Virus record (IMG/VR): IMGVR_UViG_3300032053_000016
Span: 43,402 to 107,401 of that record
Reading direction: 5' to 3' (one strand)
Origin: a virus
DNA: 64,000 bases
Translations under genes and position numbers: made by a program
Part shown: positions 18,402-28,247 of the stretch, piece by piece
Numbering within the stretch: the stretch's first letter is position 1
How the letters are laid out: each line of letters begins with the position of its first letter
Notes under the pieces: generated by a model
The model's database searches: none
What the model was told of the DNA's origin: nothing
Seen by the model: only the letters and a program-made list of their open reading frames with translations

Positions 18402-19172
18402 TCACGACGTCTTGTCAGCGACGCGACCCTTGTTGCGCTTGACACGCAGCTCGTTCAACTCGGGATCCTCGGGATCTTCGGGACGCTTCTTGAACTGCGT
18501 GGAGGTGTACTCACTCTCCAATTCAGCCTCTGTCATTGGGACGTAGTAGTACATCGCAAGGCTGCGTCGCGTCATGCCTTCGGGACAGGTCAACGGTTCG
18601 GGATGACCGTGGTTGGATTTCATGTCGGTGCGAAAGACGACGGTGCGGTTGAAGATCGGGAGCACCTTCGACACGCATTCCGTCATTTCCTTGTTCCAGA
18701 GTTCAAGGTTGCCGCCGTAACTCGCGTCCCAGTTCTCGTTGAGATAGACGATCATGTTGAGCTTGCGGAAAGCCTTCATCGGGCGGTGGATGTTGAAATC
18801 CTCGTGCACATCTAGCTTGCCACCTGGCTTGATCTGGTGAAGGCCACCGCCGTTGAGCGTGTGGTCTGGGACAAGGTTCTCAAGCCCGGCAAGCCGGCCA
18901 AGCTGCGCGACAACATCAGACGAGTTAGCCTCGTCGAAGAACTCGCGAAACCCAACGTCGAGCTGTGACAGATCGTTGAAGGCGAACTTTCGCTCGAGCG
19001 GGTTGTCGTACTGCCACCACTTCTTCTCCTCAACACTTGGGTACTTCGGCACAAGCGACCGCAACGCTTCGGGATCGATCAGGTTGTCGACGACGACATG
19101 CGGGAACGGATGACCGTTGCGGAACGACTCGATCATCAGGTTGGTGTCGATGCGTTTGGTGAAGAACTTCAT
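18402..19172 (-). CDS. 2OG-Fe(II) oxygenase (P4H-like)
   Basis: PFPHVVVDN, HEDFN (HxD), YLNENW..GGNLELW, NHGHP, RRSLAMYYY. Confidence 0.9.
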   Translation of the reverse strand: MKFFTKRIDTNLMIESFRNGHPFPHVVVDNLIDPEALRSLVPKYPSVEEKKWWQYDNPLERKFAFNDLSQLDVGFREFFDEANSSDVVAQLGRLAGLENLVPDHTLNGGGLHQIKPGGKLDVHEDFNIHRPMKAFRKLNMIVYLNENWDASYGGNLELWNKEMTECVSKVLPIFNRTVVFRTDMKSNHGHPEPLTCPEGMTRRSLAMYYYVPMTEAELESEYTSTQFKKRPEDPEDPELNELRVKRNKGRVADKTS

Positions 19173-19351
19173 GACTTGTATCCTGAGCACTCGAGAGCTT
19201 CGTCTGTGAACGGCGCGTACGTCAATCCTTGATCGTCAAGTGTAACCAGCAAAACCCATTCGTTTTCGCGAAGCGTGGCGGGCATCTCGCATCGCGAGCA
19301 CACATGTGTGTTGGAGTTGCGTTGCTCCTTCTGTCTGAAGTCGTGCTTCAT
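19169..19351 (-). CDS. small hypothetical protein (CxxC)
   Basis: 60 aa, coupled to genes on both sides. Confidence 0.5.
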   Translation of the reverse strand: MKHDFRQKEQRNSNTHVCSRCEMPATLRENEWVLLVTLDDQGLTYAPFTDEALECSGYKS

Positions 19352-19785
19352 GGCTTGTACTTCTCGTTCCAGGCGTTGAGAACATGTCGATAGACCAACA
19401 TGTTCGGGCGGTACTGTGGGTTGCCGAAGATCGGCGCGTCGCTGCCATTGAGCACGAGGTGAAGCGCCGCGGCAACTGCGGCCGACCGACTCTTCCCAGC
19501 AGTGCAGTGAATCACAATCTGTTGAGCGTTGGGATGTTCCAAGACAAGATCAACGATGCGTTCTCCATCTCCAGGTTGAGCGAGCGGACAGCTTTCTTGA
19601 GTCTGTCCTGGGGCGTGCTGATCCAGATCCCAAAAGAAAAGGTTAAGCCTGCCAAGGGTATGCTCATTTGTCTTGATGTTAGCTGGCTCTTCACCCGGGC
19701 AGTTGATGGAGACAATGATGTGCGGGACGTCTGATAGATCCATCGCCTCGATGAGGGGACGACTACAGACTTGGATGTCGATCAT
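19348..19785 (-). CDS. protein tyrosine phosphatase-like protein
   Basis: IVIHCTAGKSRSAA CX5R motif; PN..VY. Confidence 0.85.
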   Translation of the reverse strand: MIDIQVCSRPLIEAMDLSDVPHIIVSINCPGEEPANIKTNEHTLGRLNLFFWDLDQHAPGQTQESCPLAQPGDGERIVDLVLEHPNAQQIVIHCTAGKSRSAAVAAALHLVLNGSDAPIFGNPQYRPNMLVYRHVLNAWNEKYKP

Positions 19786-19928
19786 GACATCCCCGAACTC
19801 TTACGCTTGAAGTAAAATTCATGCTCGTGTACACCAACAAGCTCCCAACCTTGAGCTCCAAGTTTGTTGAGAATCTCACATCTTAACGAGTAGACAGAGA
19901 TGCTCGCAACATGGTATTCCCACTTCAT
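19782..19928 (-). CDS. DUF4177-like small protein
   Basis: Manual translation MKWEY...LNKLGAQGWELVGV..FYFKR (48 aa), coupled on both sides. Confidence 0.7.
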   Translation of the reverse strand: MKWEYHVASISVYSLRCEILNKLGAQGWELVGVHEHEFYFKRKSSGMS

Positions 19929-20893
19929 GGCCCAACCATGTCGTGAATCCAGTTAAATGTTGTCTCTAGACCTTCGATGAGTTTCTTCTTTGGCCGCCAG
20001 CCGAGCACCTGGTCGATGAGCAGGTTGTCGCTGCAACGACCTCTGACGCCTTGAGGACCCTTGACATGCTTGACGGTGAGCTTCTTGCTCGAGATCTTGA
20101 TGACCATGTCAGCGAGTTGGTTGATCGTCACCATCTCGTCGGAGCCGATGTTCAACGACTCTGTGTAGTCAGAACGCATGAGGCGAAGCACGCCTTCGAC
20201 ACATTCATCGACGTGGAGGAAGCTGCGAGTCTGCTTGCCGTCTCCCCACACCTCGATCTCGCCGCCGTCCTTCGCTTGCGCGACCTTGCGACACATGGCA
20301 GCGGGAGCCTTCTCACGACCGCCGTCGTACGTGCCGAACTCGCCGAAGATGTTGTGGAACCTGGCGATGCGTACGTCGACACCCTTGTTGCGTTGGTACG
20401 CCTTGTACAGACGCTCGCTGAACAGCTTCTCCCAGCCGTACTCGGAGTCCGGAGCGGCGGGGTAAGCGGAGGCCTCGGAGCACACCGGGTTGTTAGGATC
20501 AAGCTGGTTGCGCTCGGGGTAGATGCACGCCGAGGACGAGTAAAAGATCTTTGGCTTGACATTGAGAGCGGAGACTCCGTCGAGAACGTTCAAGTTGATG
20601 GTCGCCGAGTTGTGCATGATGTCAGCGTCGTTCGCGCCGGTGAACACGAATCCGGCCCCGCCCATGTCGGCCGCAAGAGAAAAAATCTCATCATGACCTC
20701 CTGCAACGATTGCGCGTGTGAAGTAGGGATCGCGAAGATCGTCGCGAATGAAAGTTTCACCTGGGCAGATTTCACGAAATTCTGGCTGCTTAAGGTCAAC
20801 AGAGGTTACATGATAACCCTCTTTGATAAGACGACGAACCAAATGTCCGCCTATGAACCCGCCTCCGCCTAAAACAAGTCCTCGTTTCTTCAT
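19925..20893 (-). CDS. NAD-dependent epimerase, GDP-mannose 3,5-epimerase-like
   Basis: GGGGFIG, LAADMGG, YSSSACIYP, YGWEK, RFHNIFG, GGREKAPAAMCRK. Confidence 0.9.
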   Translation of the reverse strand: MKKRGLVLGGGGFIGGHLVRRLIKEGYHVTSVDLKQPEFREICPGETFIRDDLRDPYFTRAIVAGGHDEIFSLAADMGGAGFVFTGANDADIMHNSATINLNVLDGVSALNVKPKIFYSSSACIYPERNQLDPNNPVCSEASAYPAAPDSEYGWEKLFSERLYKAYQRNKGVDVRIARFHNIFGEFGTYDGGREKAPAAMCRKVAQAKDGGEIEVWGDGKQTRSFLHVDECVEGVLRLMRSDYTESLNIGSDEMVTINQLADMVIKISSKKLTVKHVKGPQGVRGRCSDNLLIDQVLGWRPKKKLIEGLETTFNWIHDMVGP

Positions 20894-21609
20894 TTTGACG
20901 ATCGTCCTGCCTTTCCGTATTTTAGCAGATTGCACACAGTGGCCGGGCTGGTGTTGTGTTTAACTGCGATGTCTTTCAACATTGTTCCGTTCGCACGATC
21001 AATGCGCATGCTTTCGATGATCTCAGCCGTCCATCGAGACCTTGCAGATGCAAGCTCACTCATGACTTGTCGAAAGGCGGTCGAACGCTTTTGTCCTAGA
21101 TTGGCAAGCCTTGTTTTCTCTACGGCTTCGCGTGACCGCGGGCCCATCTTCATACCGGTGTGAGCTTTTGCAATCTTTGCTTTTGTTTCATCAGGCATGG
21201 GCCCACGAATTTTCCCGATTCGACATTCACTGTTCTTGCGTCGATGCTCTTCTGATTGTGGGACTCCTTTGTTCCAAGAGATCTGGCCACGGCGAGCGAT
21301 GCTCATCCGAAGTCGTGAAACAGCCGAGCGTTTCAGTCCTGTTTGACCACATGAGCCGCCGGCGGTGTGGTTTGCTCCCCACCCGTGGAACGTGTTGTGC
21401 AAAGCGATGAGGTCGGCCTCGAAGTCGTAAGCGGCCTGCTCGTCCTTCGTCCCGAACACTTCCTCACGATGCCAACCGTGCTTGTCGCGAATGCTCTTCC
21501 AGTGAGCGTTGTCACGTTCGCGGGTGTGCACTCGCTTGTGCGTCCCCTTTCCTACGTAAAAGGGCCTCTCATCGTCAGTGCGGTCAACGTAGACAAACCA
21601 GACGCTCAC
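20890..21609 (-). CDS. GIY-YIG-like homing endonuclease with NUMOD3 repeats
   Basis: FVY..PFYVGKG..R; SEEHRRKNS, DETKAKIA; C-terminal HTH. Confidence 0.8.
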   Translation of the reverse strand: MSVWFVYVDRTDDERPFYVGKGTHKRVHTRERDNAHWKSIRDKHGWHREEVFGTKDEQAAYDFEADLIALHNTFHGWGANHTAGGSCGQTGLKRSAVSRLRMSIARRGQISWNKGVPQSEEHRRKNSECRIGKIRGPMPDETKAKIAKAHTGMKMGPRSREAVEKTRLANLGQKRSTAFRQVMSELASARSRWTAEIIESMRIDRANGTMLKDIAVKHNTSPATVCNLLKYGKAGRSSK

Positions 21610-22400
21610 TATCGCAGAAGGTAAGCTGCCTCGGTGAGGACCCGATCCTTCGTTTTCTCGTGGCAGTGATGCATGATCCATGGATAGCTCTCCAGGATCG
21701 GCACCTTGTTGACGTGCAGGAAGTAGTTGACCGCCGTCTGTTCGGCGCAGCTCCATACCTTCGTCTTCTTGCCCGGCGCGTCCGGGAAATGAGACACGTC
21801 CGTGACGTCGACCGCGATGAGCTTCTCGCAGTACCCAACGATGTCGCCTGCGTTCGCCTGGTACTCCTTTGTCAAGCCAAGCGTGCCCATGTTGAAGATG
21901 GGGAAGTCCTCGGTGCCAAGCCCCTCACGTGCCGCCTTGCGTTCACCCCAGTACTCACGTCCACCTGAGCACATCCTCTCTCGTTTCCAGGCGATGGCCC
22001 CACGGTGAGCGAGGAGGTCATCGATCGGCTTCAGGCATGTCAGGTCGTTGTCGAGCTTCAATGCGTCGTGACGGCCATCGTGGTTCATCTCCACGATCTT
22101 GACGAGCGGCCAAAAGGAGTACCAATGCGATTGCCACTCACGGATCTCCTTCGTTAGATCGACGGTGTCGAGGTAGTCGAGCGACACGTTGTACGCCTTC
22201 AACTTGTCAAGGATGAGTCCGCAGTCGTCTGTGAAGACGCGGTAGAGCATCTTTGGGTTGTGGTGCAGGAACGTTGCGATGGATGCGGCCGTGTACGAGA
22301 AGATGTAGTCCTTGTTCTTGTACACCTCACTCGCCCAGTGACGACCGGAGTCGGTCACAGTCTTGAGGTTGTAATCAAATACCAGCGAGTAGACTGTCAC
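21609..22400 (-). CDS. putative GT-A glycosyltransferase
   Basis: VFTDD, KLDND (DxD), FNMG, AEQTAVNY. Confidence 0.6.
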   Translation of the reverse strand: MTVYSLVFDYNLKTVTDSGRHWASEVYKNKDYIFSYTAASIATFLHHNPKMLYRVFTDDCGLILDKLKAYNVSLDYLDTVDLTKEIREWQSHWYSFWPLVKIVEMNHDGRHDALKLDNDLTCLKPIDDLLAHRGAIAWKRERMCSGGREYWGERKAAREGLGTEDFPIFNMGTLGLTKEYQANAGDIVGYCEKLIAVDVTDVSHFPDAPGKKTKVWSCAEQTAVNYFLHVNKVPILESYPWIMHHCHEKTKDRVLTEAAYLLR

Positions 22401-22666
22401 TTCACGTTCTCCTCGGGTTTGTGAAGGCTGCTGACGATCGTTCCGACAAACGCGCCAACCATTGCGGGGATCAGCATCCAATGATTTGAGATGTACTCGA
22501 TCGTTGTGAACCCGCCGGCGAACACGATGATGGACGACCACACCGCAGCGCGGAGCATCTTGGTGGTCGCCAGCGAACGGATGTAAACCGACCACGCGTA
22601 ATCGACGAAAGCCGTCGCCGCGAAGACGAGGACGACCTGGAGTAGCAAGCGTTCAAACGGCGACAA
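22397..22666 (-). CDS. small multi-pass membrane protein
   Basis: Three hydrophobic segments; GAFVGT. Confidence 0.65.
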   Translation of the reverse strand: MSPFERLLLQVVLVFAATAFVDYAWSVYIRSLATTKMLRAAVWSSIIVFAGGFTTIEYISNHWMLIPAMVGAFVGTIVSSLHKPEENVK

Positions 22667-23426
22667 AGGGAGACCACACGAGCACTTGACACTCGCTCTT
22701 TTTGACGTTTTCTTGTTGGATCTTGGAGAGGCAACTCGAGGGAAGGCTGTCTTGAAGCTCGGCGAGCGAGAATTGCACGTCGGCGTTACGCGGTTGTGAG
22801 TTGTACGTCACGTAACCGCTCGCCGCGCGCTTCATGAGCTTGTCGACGTAGCCGACTTGGACGTTCTTGGTGAGCTCGGTGAGCGCGTAGTTGCTGATGA
22901 AGGCGTCGACCGGGAGCTCACCGTACTCGAACGCGCTCACGTACGCGACGTTCGTGATGCCGTACGCTCCGAGGTAACGTTTGGCGAGCGCGAGGGCCTC
23001 GGGCAAGTCGACGACAGTGTAGCTCTTCGGGGTGTGGAAAGCGTGGATCATGCGACACAGGCCTCCGTATCCGCCGCCGACCTCCACCACGTTGGCCCCG
23101 TCGAGGAGGACGCCGTTGAGGTGCATGTCGTGCACGTTCCACGCGTAGCGCAGCGTGGTGGACGTGAAAGCCTGCCCCTCGATCAAGAAGAGCCTTGGCC
23201 CGCCGACCTTGTCGTTCTGCTGGATCTTCTCGAGGTTCCCGGCGAAGAACTCCGTGCCTTTCAGCTTCGCGTGGTAGCCGAAGCCGACGCAGTCCGGCAT
23301 GCCCTCGACGATCTCGCGCACCCCGGGCTCGCGCCGGAACCAGTTGAAGACGATGTCGTCCTCGGACGCGCGCTTGAGGGCGTCGGTGTAACGCGTGATG
23401 CTTTCGTCGGACGTGAGCCAGGTCAT
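22653..23426 (-). CDS. putative sugar O-methyltransferase
   Basis: TTLRY, VVEVGGGYGG, VDLPE, ISNYALTEL. Confidence 0.85.
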   Translation of the reverse strand: MTWLTSDESITRYTDALKRASEDDIVFNWFRREPGVREIVEGMPDCVGFGYHAKLKGTEFFAGNLEKIQQNDKVGGPRLFLIEGQAFTSTTLRYAWNVHDMHLNGVLLDGANVVEVGGGYGGLCRMIHAFHTPKSYTVVDLPEALALAKRYLGAYGITNVAYVSAFEYGELPVDAFISNYALTELTKNVQVGYVDKLMKRAASGYVTYNSQPRNADVQFSLAELQDSLPSSCLSKIQQENVKKSECQVLVWSPFVAV

Positions 23427-23818
23427 GTTGCCTTGTTTTCTTTGGGGGCGGATTGCTTGAGCGCTTTCTCGACGCCGTCCAACGCGGCGCGGAGCGCTTT
23501 GCCCGCCCCGTCGGATTGCACGACCGACATCAAGACCGGCATGATGGCGAAGTACGCGTCGACCAGCTCCGCGTGCGCGGTCTGCAGCGTCTTGTGAGTC
23601 TCGGCCAAGCCTTCGCGGCCGTCCTCCAGCCCGTACCCGTACGAGGCTCGGCAGGCGTCGGGCACCCACGACCAGTCGCGGTAGAAGGATTGGTCTTCGG
23701 GTTCGCCCCTGTCGCACTCCTCCCAAGCCACTTCGCCGTTGCGGACGATCCGCATCGTGAGGTCGATCTCGTTGGGGTCATCGTGCTCGAGCGTGATTTC
23801 GAACTTGCTTTCCTTCAT
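23423..23818 (-). CDS. hypothetical protein
   Basis: 131 aa, coupled on both sides. Confidence 0.65.
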   Translation of the reverse strand: MKESKFEITLEHDDPNEIDLTMRIVRNGEVAWEECDRGEPEDQSFYRDWSWVPDACRASYGYGLEDGREGLAETHKTLQTAHAELVDAYFAIMPVLMSVVQSDGAGKALRAALDGVEKALKQSAPKENKAT

Positions 23819-24729
23819 ACGTCTCTCATGGCGTCCAGGTCGAGGACGATGTTCTTGTACTGCTTGACGATCTCGTCGATGTGGAAGCGTTGGCCGACGG
23901 CGAGCGCGCGGGCGCTCTCCATCTCCGTGAGGCTGCTGCCCTCGATGAGGAGCTCCAGGCTTTCCATCATGCCATCACGGGTCTCCTCGAAACGGCTGGC
24001 CCCGCCGCCGTGCTCCAAGTAGCTTTCGTACGGCGTGCAGACCGTGCGGATGCCGAACGACTGGAAGTTCGACAGCTTCGTGTTTGGCTTGTGCCGTTTC
24101 AGCAGCTCGGCGAACCGCGGGTTGGAGCTCAGGCTCGACTCCGCGAAGACGACGCCGACGTCGATCGTCTTCATGATCTCGACGCACTCCTCGCGCGTGT
24201 TGGGGTGGACGGAGACGAACTCGACGCCCATCTTCGCGCACAACGCTTCGATCTCCTCTTTGGCGGAGAGCTGCTCGGGCAGGCCAACGTACCCGACGCG
24301 GGCCGCCTTCTTGAGCGTGTTGACGTGCTTGTCGTAGTTGACCGTGTGGTGCGGGACCACATAGATCGGCTTGTTGTCGGCGTACGGCTCGAGGTCTTTG
24401 AGAGTCACCGTGTTGTTGACGATGTAGAAGTCGCACTCGGGGTGGGCGTACGCCGAGAGATTCTCGACCTTCGCGCCGCGGAAGAAGGCGTCCCCGCACA
24501 TTGAATCTGCGACGTCGAATCCGATTCGATGCCCGCGGCGTTTCAATTGAGCGGCTAGACCAGCGTCGTATGTTCGAATGAACAACGAGATGTCGTTTAG
24601 ACTGGTTTCACGCTCCCAATCCGTGTTGTGAACGTCGAGTACACGTGATCCTTCTCGAAGAGCATCGGCGACTTGTCGACCTCTGATGAGACCTGACGTG
24701 CGCGACAACATGCAAACGAAATTGATCAC
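23815..24729 (-). CDS. putative GT-B glycosyltransferase
   Basis: SGLIRG, FDVAD, VGYVG, KPNTKLSNFQSFG. Confidence 0.65.
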   Translation of the reverse strand: MINFVCMLSRTSGLIRGRQVADALREGSRVLDVHNTDWERETSLNDISLFIRTYDAGLAAQLKRRGHRIGFDVADSMCGDAFFRGAKVENLSAYAHPECDFYIVNNTVTLKDLEPYADNKPIYVVPHHTVNYDKHVNTLKKAARVGYVGLPEQLSAKEEIEALCAKMGVEFVSVHPNTREECVEIMKTIDVGVVFAESSLSSNPRFAELLKRHKPNTKLSNFQSFGIRTVCTPYESYLEHGGGASRFEETRDGMMESLELLIEGSSLTEMESARALAVGQRFHIDEIVKQYKNIVLDLDAMRDV

Positions 24730-25142
24730 TGTGTCGCCTTCTGGTGATTGTAGACGCGCTCGATCCAGGAACGGAACTCTGCGACGGTCTGGTTGTTCTT
24801 GGCCGCGTTGCACCTCCAACAACACGTGACCACGTTGCCCATGGTGTACGGAAGCGCGCTGTCGACCCTGTCTAGGCCGTTGATGCCTTTGGTCTTGTAC
24901 GTGTCGATGTGCCCGATGTTTTCGGACTCTTTCCCGCAGTAGTGGCACGGCTTGACGAAAAGTTCATCGGCTTGTTCTCTGGTGAGTTCCCAAGCAATGT
25001 CGCGCATGATTGCACGTCGTCGAACGCTGTCGTACTTGATACCGAGCTGCTTCCCGTACTTCGTTGTGCGTCGGTACAACCGCGGCTTGCCCTTGTAGAG
25101 AAGTCGAAGGTTCTCCTTTTCTTGCTCGGAGATCTTTCTCAT
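24726..25142 (-). CDS. HNH endonuclease
   Basis: CHYCG, GLDRVDS..YTMGNVVTCCWRCNAAK. Confidence 0.85.
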   Translation of the reverse strand: MRKISEQEKENLRLLYKGKPRLYRRTTKYGKQLGIKYDSVRRRAIMRDIAWELTREQADELFVKPCHYCGKESENIGHIDTYKTKGINGLDRVDSALPYTMGNVVTCCWRCNAAKNNQTVAEFRSWIERVYNHQKATQ

Positions 25143-25897
25143 CGCCTTCTGACGCCTCGGATGCTCGTGTCGATGTTGTACTCCTTCATCAAGCGTTCCA
25201 TGATCTCGGGGTACTCGTCCATGTTCCATTGACCCTTGTTGATGCCGGTGCAACAATACGGCCACGTCACGGAGTCGTAGTGGAACTTGCCCACCTGCGG
25301 CTCCCCGTTCCAGGTGAAGACGCCCTTGATGCCGCACTGACGAGCGCCGACGTTCCACTTCTCAGACTCCAACCATTTCTCCGACCCAACGTGGGAATAC
25401 AGCTTGATGAGCCGGCCCTTCTTCCACATCGTGGCCTGCATGCTGAACGCGTCCTGCGTGGCCATGTCGACCTCGAAGAAGTTGTCCTTCGTGTGCTTGT
25501 CGAGCGACGTGTTGTAGCCGCAGCGGATCATACGAACGAAGTCGTAGTCGGTGTCAAGGAGGTAGTCGCGGACCTTCGCGATGCGCTCGTGGACGACGTC
25601 GGCGTACAGGAAGAAGTCATCCTGTAGGTAGATGACGAAGTCCTCCTTGACGTGGTCGAGCCCGGAGAGGTACTGCTTGTAGTACGGGTCGGCGTCGTCG
25701 TGCTCGACCAGCTCGTGTCCGGCGAAGTCGAACTTCGCGCCGGACCCTTTGTCGGAGAACACGTACGACTTGATGCCGCCGAGGTGCTTCTTCAGCTGCC
25801 CGAAGTGAATCGGCCACACGTCAGCGTACTTGGACGTGGTGTAGGTGACGCAGGCGACGTCAGCGAGCGAAGACGGTGTCGAGGATCTGTTGAGCAC
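25139..25897 (-). CDS. putative GT-A glycosyltransferase (start uncertain)
   Basis: YADVW, VIYLQDDFFL, FSMQATMWKK. Confidence 0.65.
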   Translation of the reverse strand: MLNRSSTPSSLADVACVTYTTSKYADVWPIHFGQLKKHLGGIKSYVFSDKGSGAKFDFAGHELVEHDDADPYYKQYLSGLDHVKEDFVIYLQDDFFLYADVVHERIAKVRDYLLDTDYDFVRMIRCGYNTSLDKHTKDNFFEVDMATQDAFSMQATMWKKGRLIKLYSHVGSEKWLESEKWNVGARQCGIKGVFTWNGEPQVGKFHYDSVTWPYCCTGINKGQWNMDEYPEIMERLMKEYNIDTSIRGVRRR

Positions 25898-26822
25898 GGT
25901 TCTTGGCCGTATGGTAGCACATCGCATGCTCCAGACCACGCTCTCCAATGAGCTCGGGGTTGGCGTCATTGAAGACAAGGTGATGGATGCTCTTTGACAG
26001 CTCGTCTGGGGTGGACCACGACACCGCATGCTCGAAGTCCAAGAACGGGTGTGGGAACTCGACGTTGTACCGTTGATACAAGACGCACGCGCGCGCCCCC
26101 ACGGCTTCCCAGAATCGGTCACACGTGTCGCCACCGCCCCACGCATCCACAACGATCCGCGCGCGTCTCAGGTGGTCCTTGTACTCACTCGATGACAGGT
26201 CACTGCGCACAACGATGTTTAGTTTGTGTGACGCGTCGGTTGTGTCACGAAAGTTTTGGACGACCTCGATGGCCTCCTTTCGCATGCCGGTCTTTGTGTG
26301 ACCGAGTGAGCAGAGCACGTCGATGTCCTTCTCGCCTGTCATCACTACGTGACGATCGCACATTGCGAACGGGAACGGGACGACGTCGCGTGCAAGGTCT
26401 TGTGCGTATGTCTCGCGTTTGAAGTAGTGACCGCAGCGCTTGAGCATCTCTTCGTCAAGCCACGGCTCACCGCGACGACGCGACGGGTTGGTCAACGAAG
26501 CCGCGGTCTGATCGCCCGACTCCCACCCGGTGGCGGACCACTCGGATCCGTCGATATACACCGTTCGATCGCGTGGGAAATCGGAGTCAGCGACGAAGTA
26601 ACGACGAGGAGGTCGGTTGCCTCGCACCTTGCCGAAGAAGCAAAGCAGCAAGTCACTACTCTTCAATTCCTCACGGAAGGAGCCGTCGATCAGAGAATGC
26701 TTGCAGAATCCATTGCCAGGATCAGAGACAACGAGCTGGTGTCCAAGTTCAGACAGTCCCTCAAGAACCATCTCGCACAAGTAATCGCGTTTGTTGTCAG
26801 GCGTTATGCAAGCGATCTTCAT
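25860..26822 (-). CDS. glycosyltransferase (GT-B C-terminal domain)
   Basis: YIDG, YFKRE, KDIDV, GGGDTCDRFWEA. Confidence 0.75.
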   Translation of the reverse strand: MKIACITPDNKRDYLCEMVLEGLSELGHQLVVSDPGNGFCKHSLIDGSFREELKSSDLLLCFFGKVRGNRPPRRYFVADSDFPRDRTVYIDGSEWSATGWESGDQTAASLTNPSRRRGEPWLDEEMLKRCGHYFKRETYAQDLARDVVPFPFAMCDRHVVMTGEKDIDVLCSLGHTKTGMRKEAIEVVQNFRDTTDASHKLNIVVRSDLSSSEYKDHLRRARIVVDAWGGGDTCDRFWEAVGARACVLYQRYNVEFPHPFLDFEHAVSWSTPDELSKSIHHLVFNDANPELIGERGLEHAMCYHTAKNRAQQILDTVFAR

Positions 26823-27823
26823 GTTGTCATCCTCACGATGACATCGAGGTACTTCTTGCACATCGTGTCTGCGCTTAAGTCAGCGGTGAATGCTCTTCTG
26901 CTGTACGTCACGTAGTCATCTTTGATGGTCTCGAGCGCGTCCTGAAACCCTTTGACGCCGCCTACAAGCTCCTCACCGTAGCGCTGACACATCTCAACCA
27001 CGCCTCCGCCATCACCGTGGAAGATCACAGGCAAACCGCAAGCTGCGCCTTCAACATGGTGAGAACCACACGCCTCCCAACGCGCGCCTGTCACGTAGAC
27101 GTCGTGTTTACGCAACTCATCACCAAGTTCAATGCCGTACAACGGAGCGATGATCTTGGTGTGTTTTGGAATGTGTCCGGCAGGGTAGCGTCCGATGTAC
27201 GTGAATTCAAAAGCGCCGCCAACATCAATCAACTCATCGATGTGTTCGTAGAGGTCAACACCTTTTGACGGGTTATTTGACCAATGATGTGTGACGAGAC
27301 GGATCGGAGCATGTGGCTTGTTGAAGCCAGGTGGAAAAAATGTCTTTCCATCGCTGCCAGAACGTATCCGTTGCCATTCGGTCGATGTCCACCTACCAGC
27401 GTGAAAATACCTTTCATCACAGCCGTTGGTGATGACACACACGTTGCTGTGACTCGGTCGCATGTCCTTGCTCGCGTAGTAGTCGGCAACCCAACTAGAG
27501 ATGAAGACGGTCGCGTCTGCCACAGCGTTCGAACCCATGATGATGCGATCAAGCTCATCTCCACCGCGCGTCTTGCCGGTGTCGTTGACACGGTGAAGCA
27601 CTTTGACGTTCGGGTTGGATTGCTTGTAACGCGCGATGTCACCAGCGGAGAACCCACCATCCTCGTGACGAGGATCAAGCATGACGATCGCGTGGATCCC
27701 AGGTTCAAGCGTGTACACAACTTGATGCCCGATTGTTGTCAGGTAGTCGGCGAACGTGGTCGCAAAATGCGCACCTCCACCCCAAGGCGTACGACGTGGC
27801 ATCCTGTTGAAAGCGATCTTCAT
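26819..27823 (-). CDS. glycosyltransferase, GT-B/GT4
   Basis: PWGGG, ITNG, KGVD, EACGSHHVEGAACGLPV. Confidence 0.85.
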   Translation of the reverse strand: MKIAFNRMPRRTPWGGGAHFATTFADYLTTIGHQVVYTLEPGIHAIVMLDPRHEDGGFSAGDIARYKQSNPNVKVLHRVNDTGKTRGGDELDRIIMGSNAVADATVFISSWVADYYASKDMRPSHSNVCVITNGCDERYFHAGRWTSTEWQRIRSGSDGKTFFPPGFNKPHAPIRLVTHHWSNNPSKGVDLYEHIDELIDVGGAFEFTYIGRYPAGHIPKHTKIIAPLYGIELGDELRKHDVYVTGARWEACGSHHVEGAACGLPVIFHGDGGGVVEMCQRYGEELVGGVKGFQDALETIKDDYVTYSRRAFTADLSADTMCKKYLDVIVRMTT

Positions 27824-28002
27824 GCTGCCAATCTCTCAACGAGAGCGTTGAAAAGAGTGATTTGCTGCTCACGTGAGAGCCTATTCAACTTCTTCATGAA
27901 GCCGTCGAACTCCATGCTGAGCATTCGAGTCGCGTGACGATCACGCACGGCGAGAAAGTCGGCTTCGAGCTTAGCAGCGCCTGACTCGTAATCGTCGTTC
28001 AC
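27820..28002 (-). CDS. small hypothetical protein
   Basis: 60 aa, coupled on both sides. Confidence 0.5.
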   Translation of the reverse strand: MNDDYESGAAKLEADFLAVRDRHATRMLSMEFDGFMKKLNRLSREQQITLFNALVERLAA

Positions 28003-28235
28003 CCTTTGCTCCCGATCGGGTCGTTCCCGTAGCTGTTACGCTCGTGGATCAGGCCATCCTTGCTGTGGATGAAGTGCTCACCCTTGTTGAGCATGGCACG
28101 CTCTCGACCAGCTGCCTTCGCTTCCTTCTTCGTCTTGTGAACAGGCCCGAACTGCACGTCATCTTCGGTGTTGACGTACCCGTTCTTACGGTTCCCTGAC
28201 GTGTGAACTGCTTTTCCACTGGTGATCTCTGTCAT
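27999..28235 (-). CDS. DUF2188-family protein
   Basis: TKKEAKAAGRE..IHSKDGLIHERNSYGNDP. Confidence 0.8.
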   Translation of the reverse strand: MTEITSGKAVHTSGNRKNGYVNTEDDVQFGPVHKTKKEAKAAGRERAMLNKGEHFIHSKDGLIHERNSYGNDPIGSKG

Positions 28236-28247
28236 GTTTGTCTCTTT

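Noticed and set aside
18402-19172. TET/JBP-type DNA base oxidase for hypermodification
   Set aside because: The motifs fit P4H-like 2OG oxygenases, and 32080..32811 fits PhyH. No TET/JBP signature was recognised.
20051-20872. Long antisense ORFs (20051..20872, 22857..23597, 28557..29195, 41222..41695 and others)
   Set aside because: They are shadows of better-supported genes on the opposite strand, as expected in GC-rich coding DNA.
21609-26152. Long N-terminal extensions in the ORF track (starts at 22595, 23726, 24948, 25358, 26152)
   Set aside because: They overlap upstream genes extensively; downstream starts, mostly coupled to the upstream stop, fit better.
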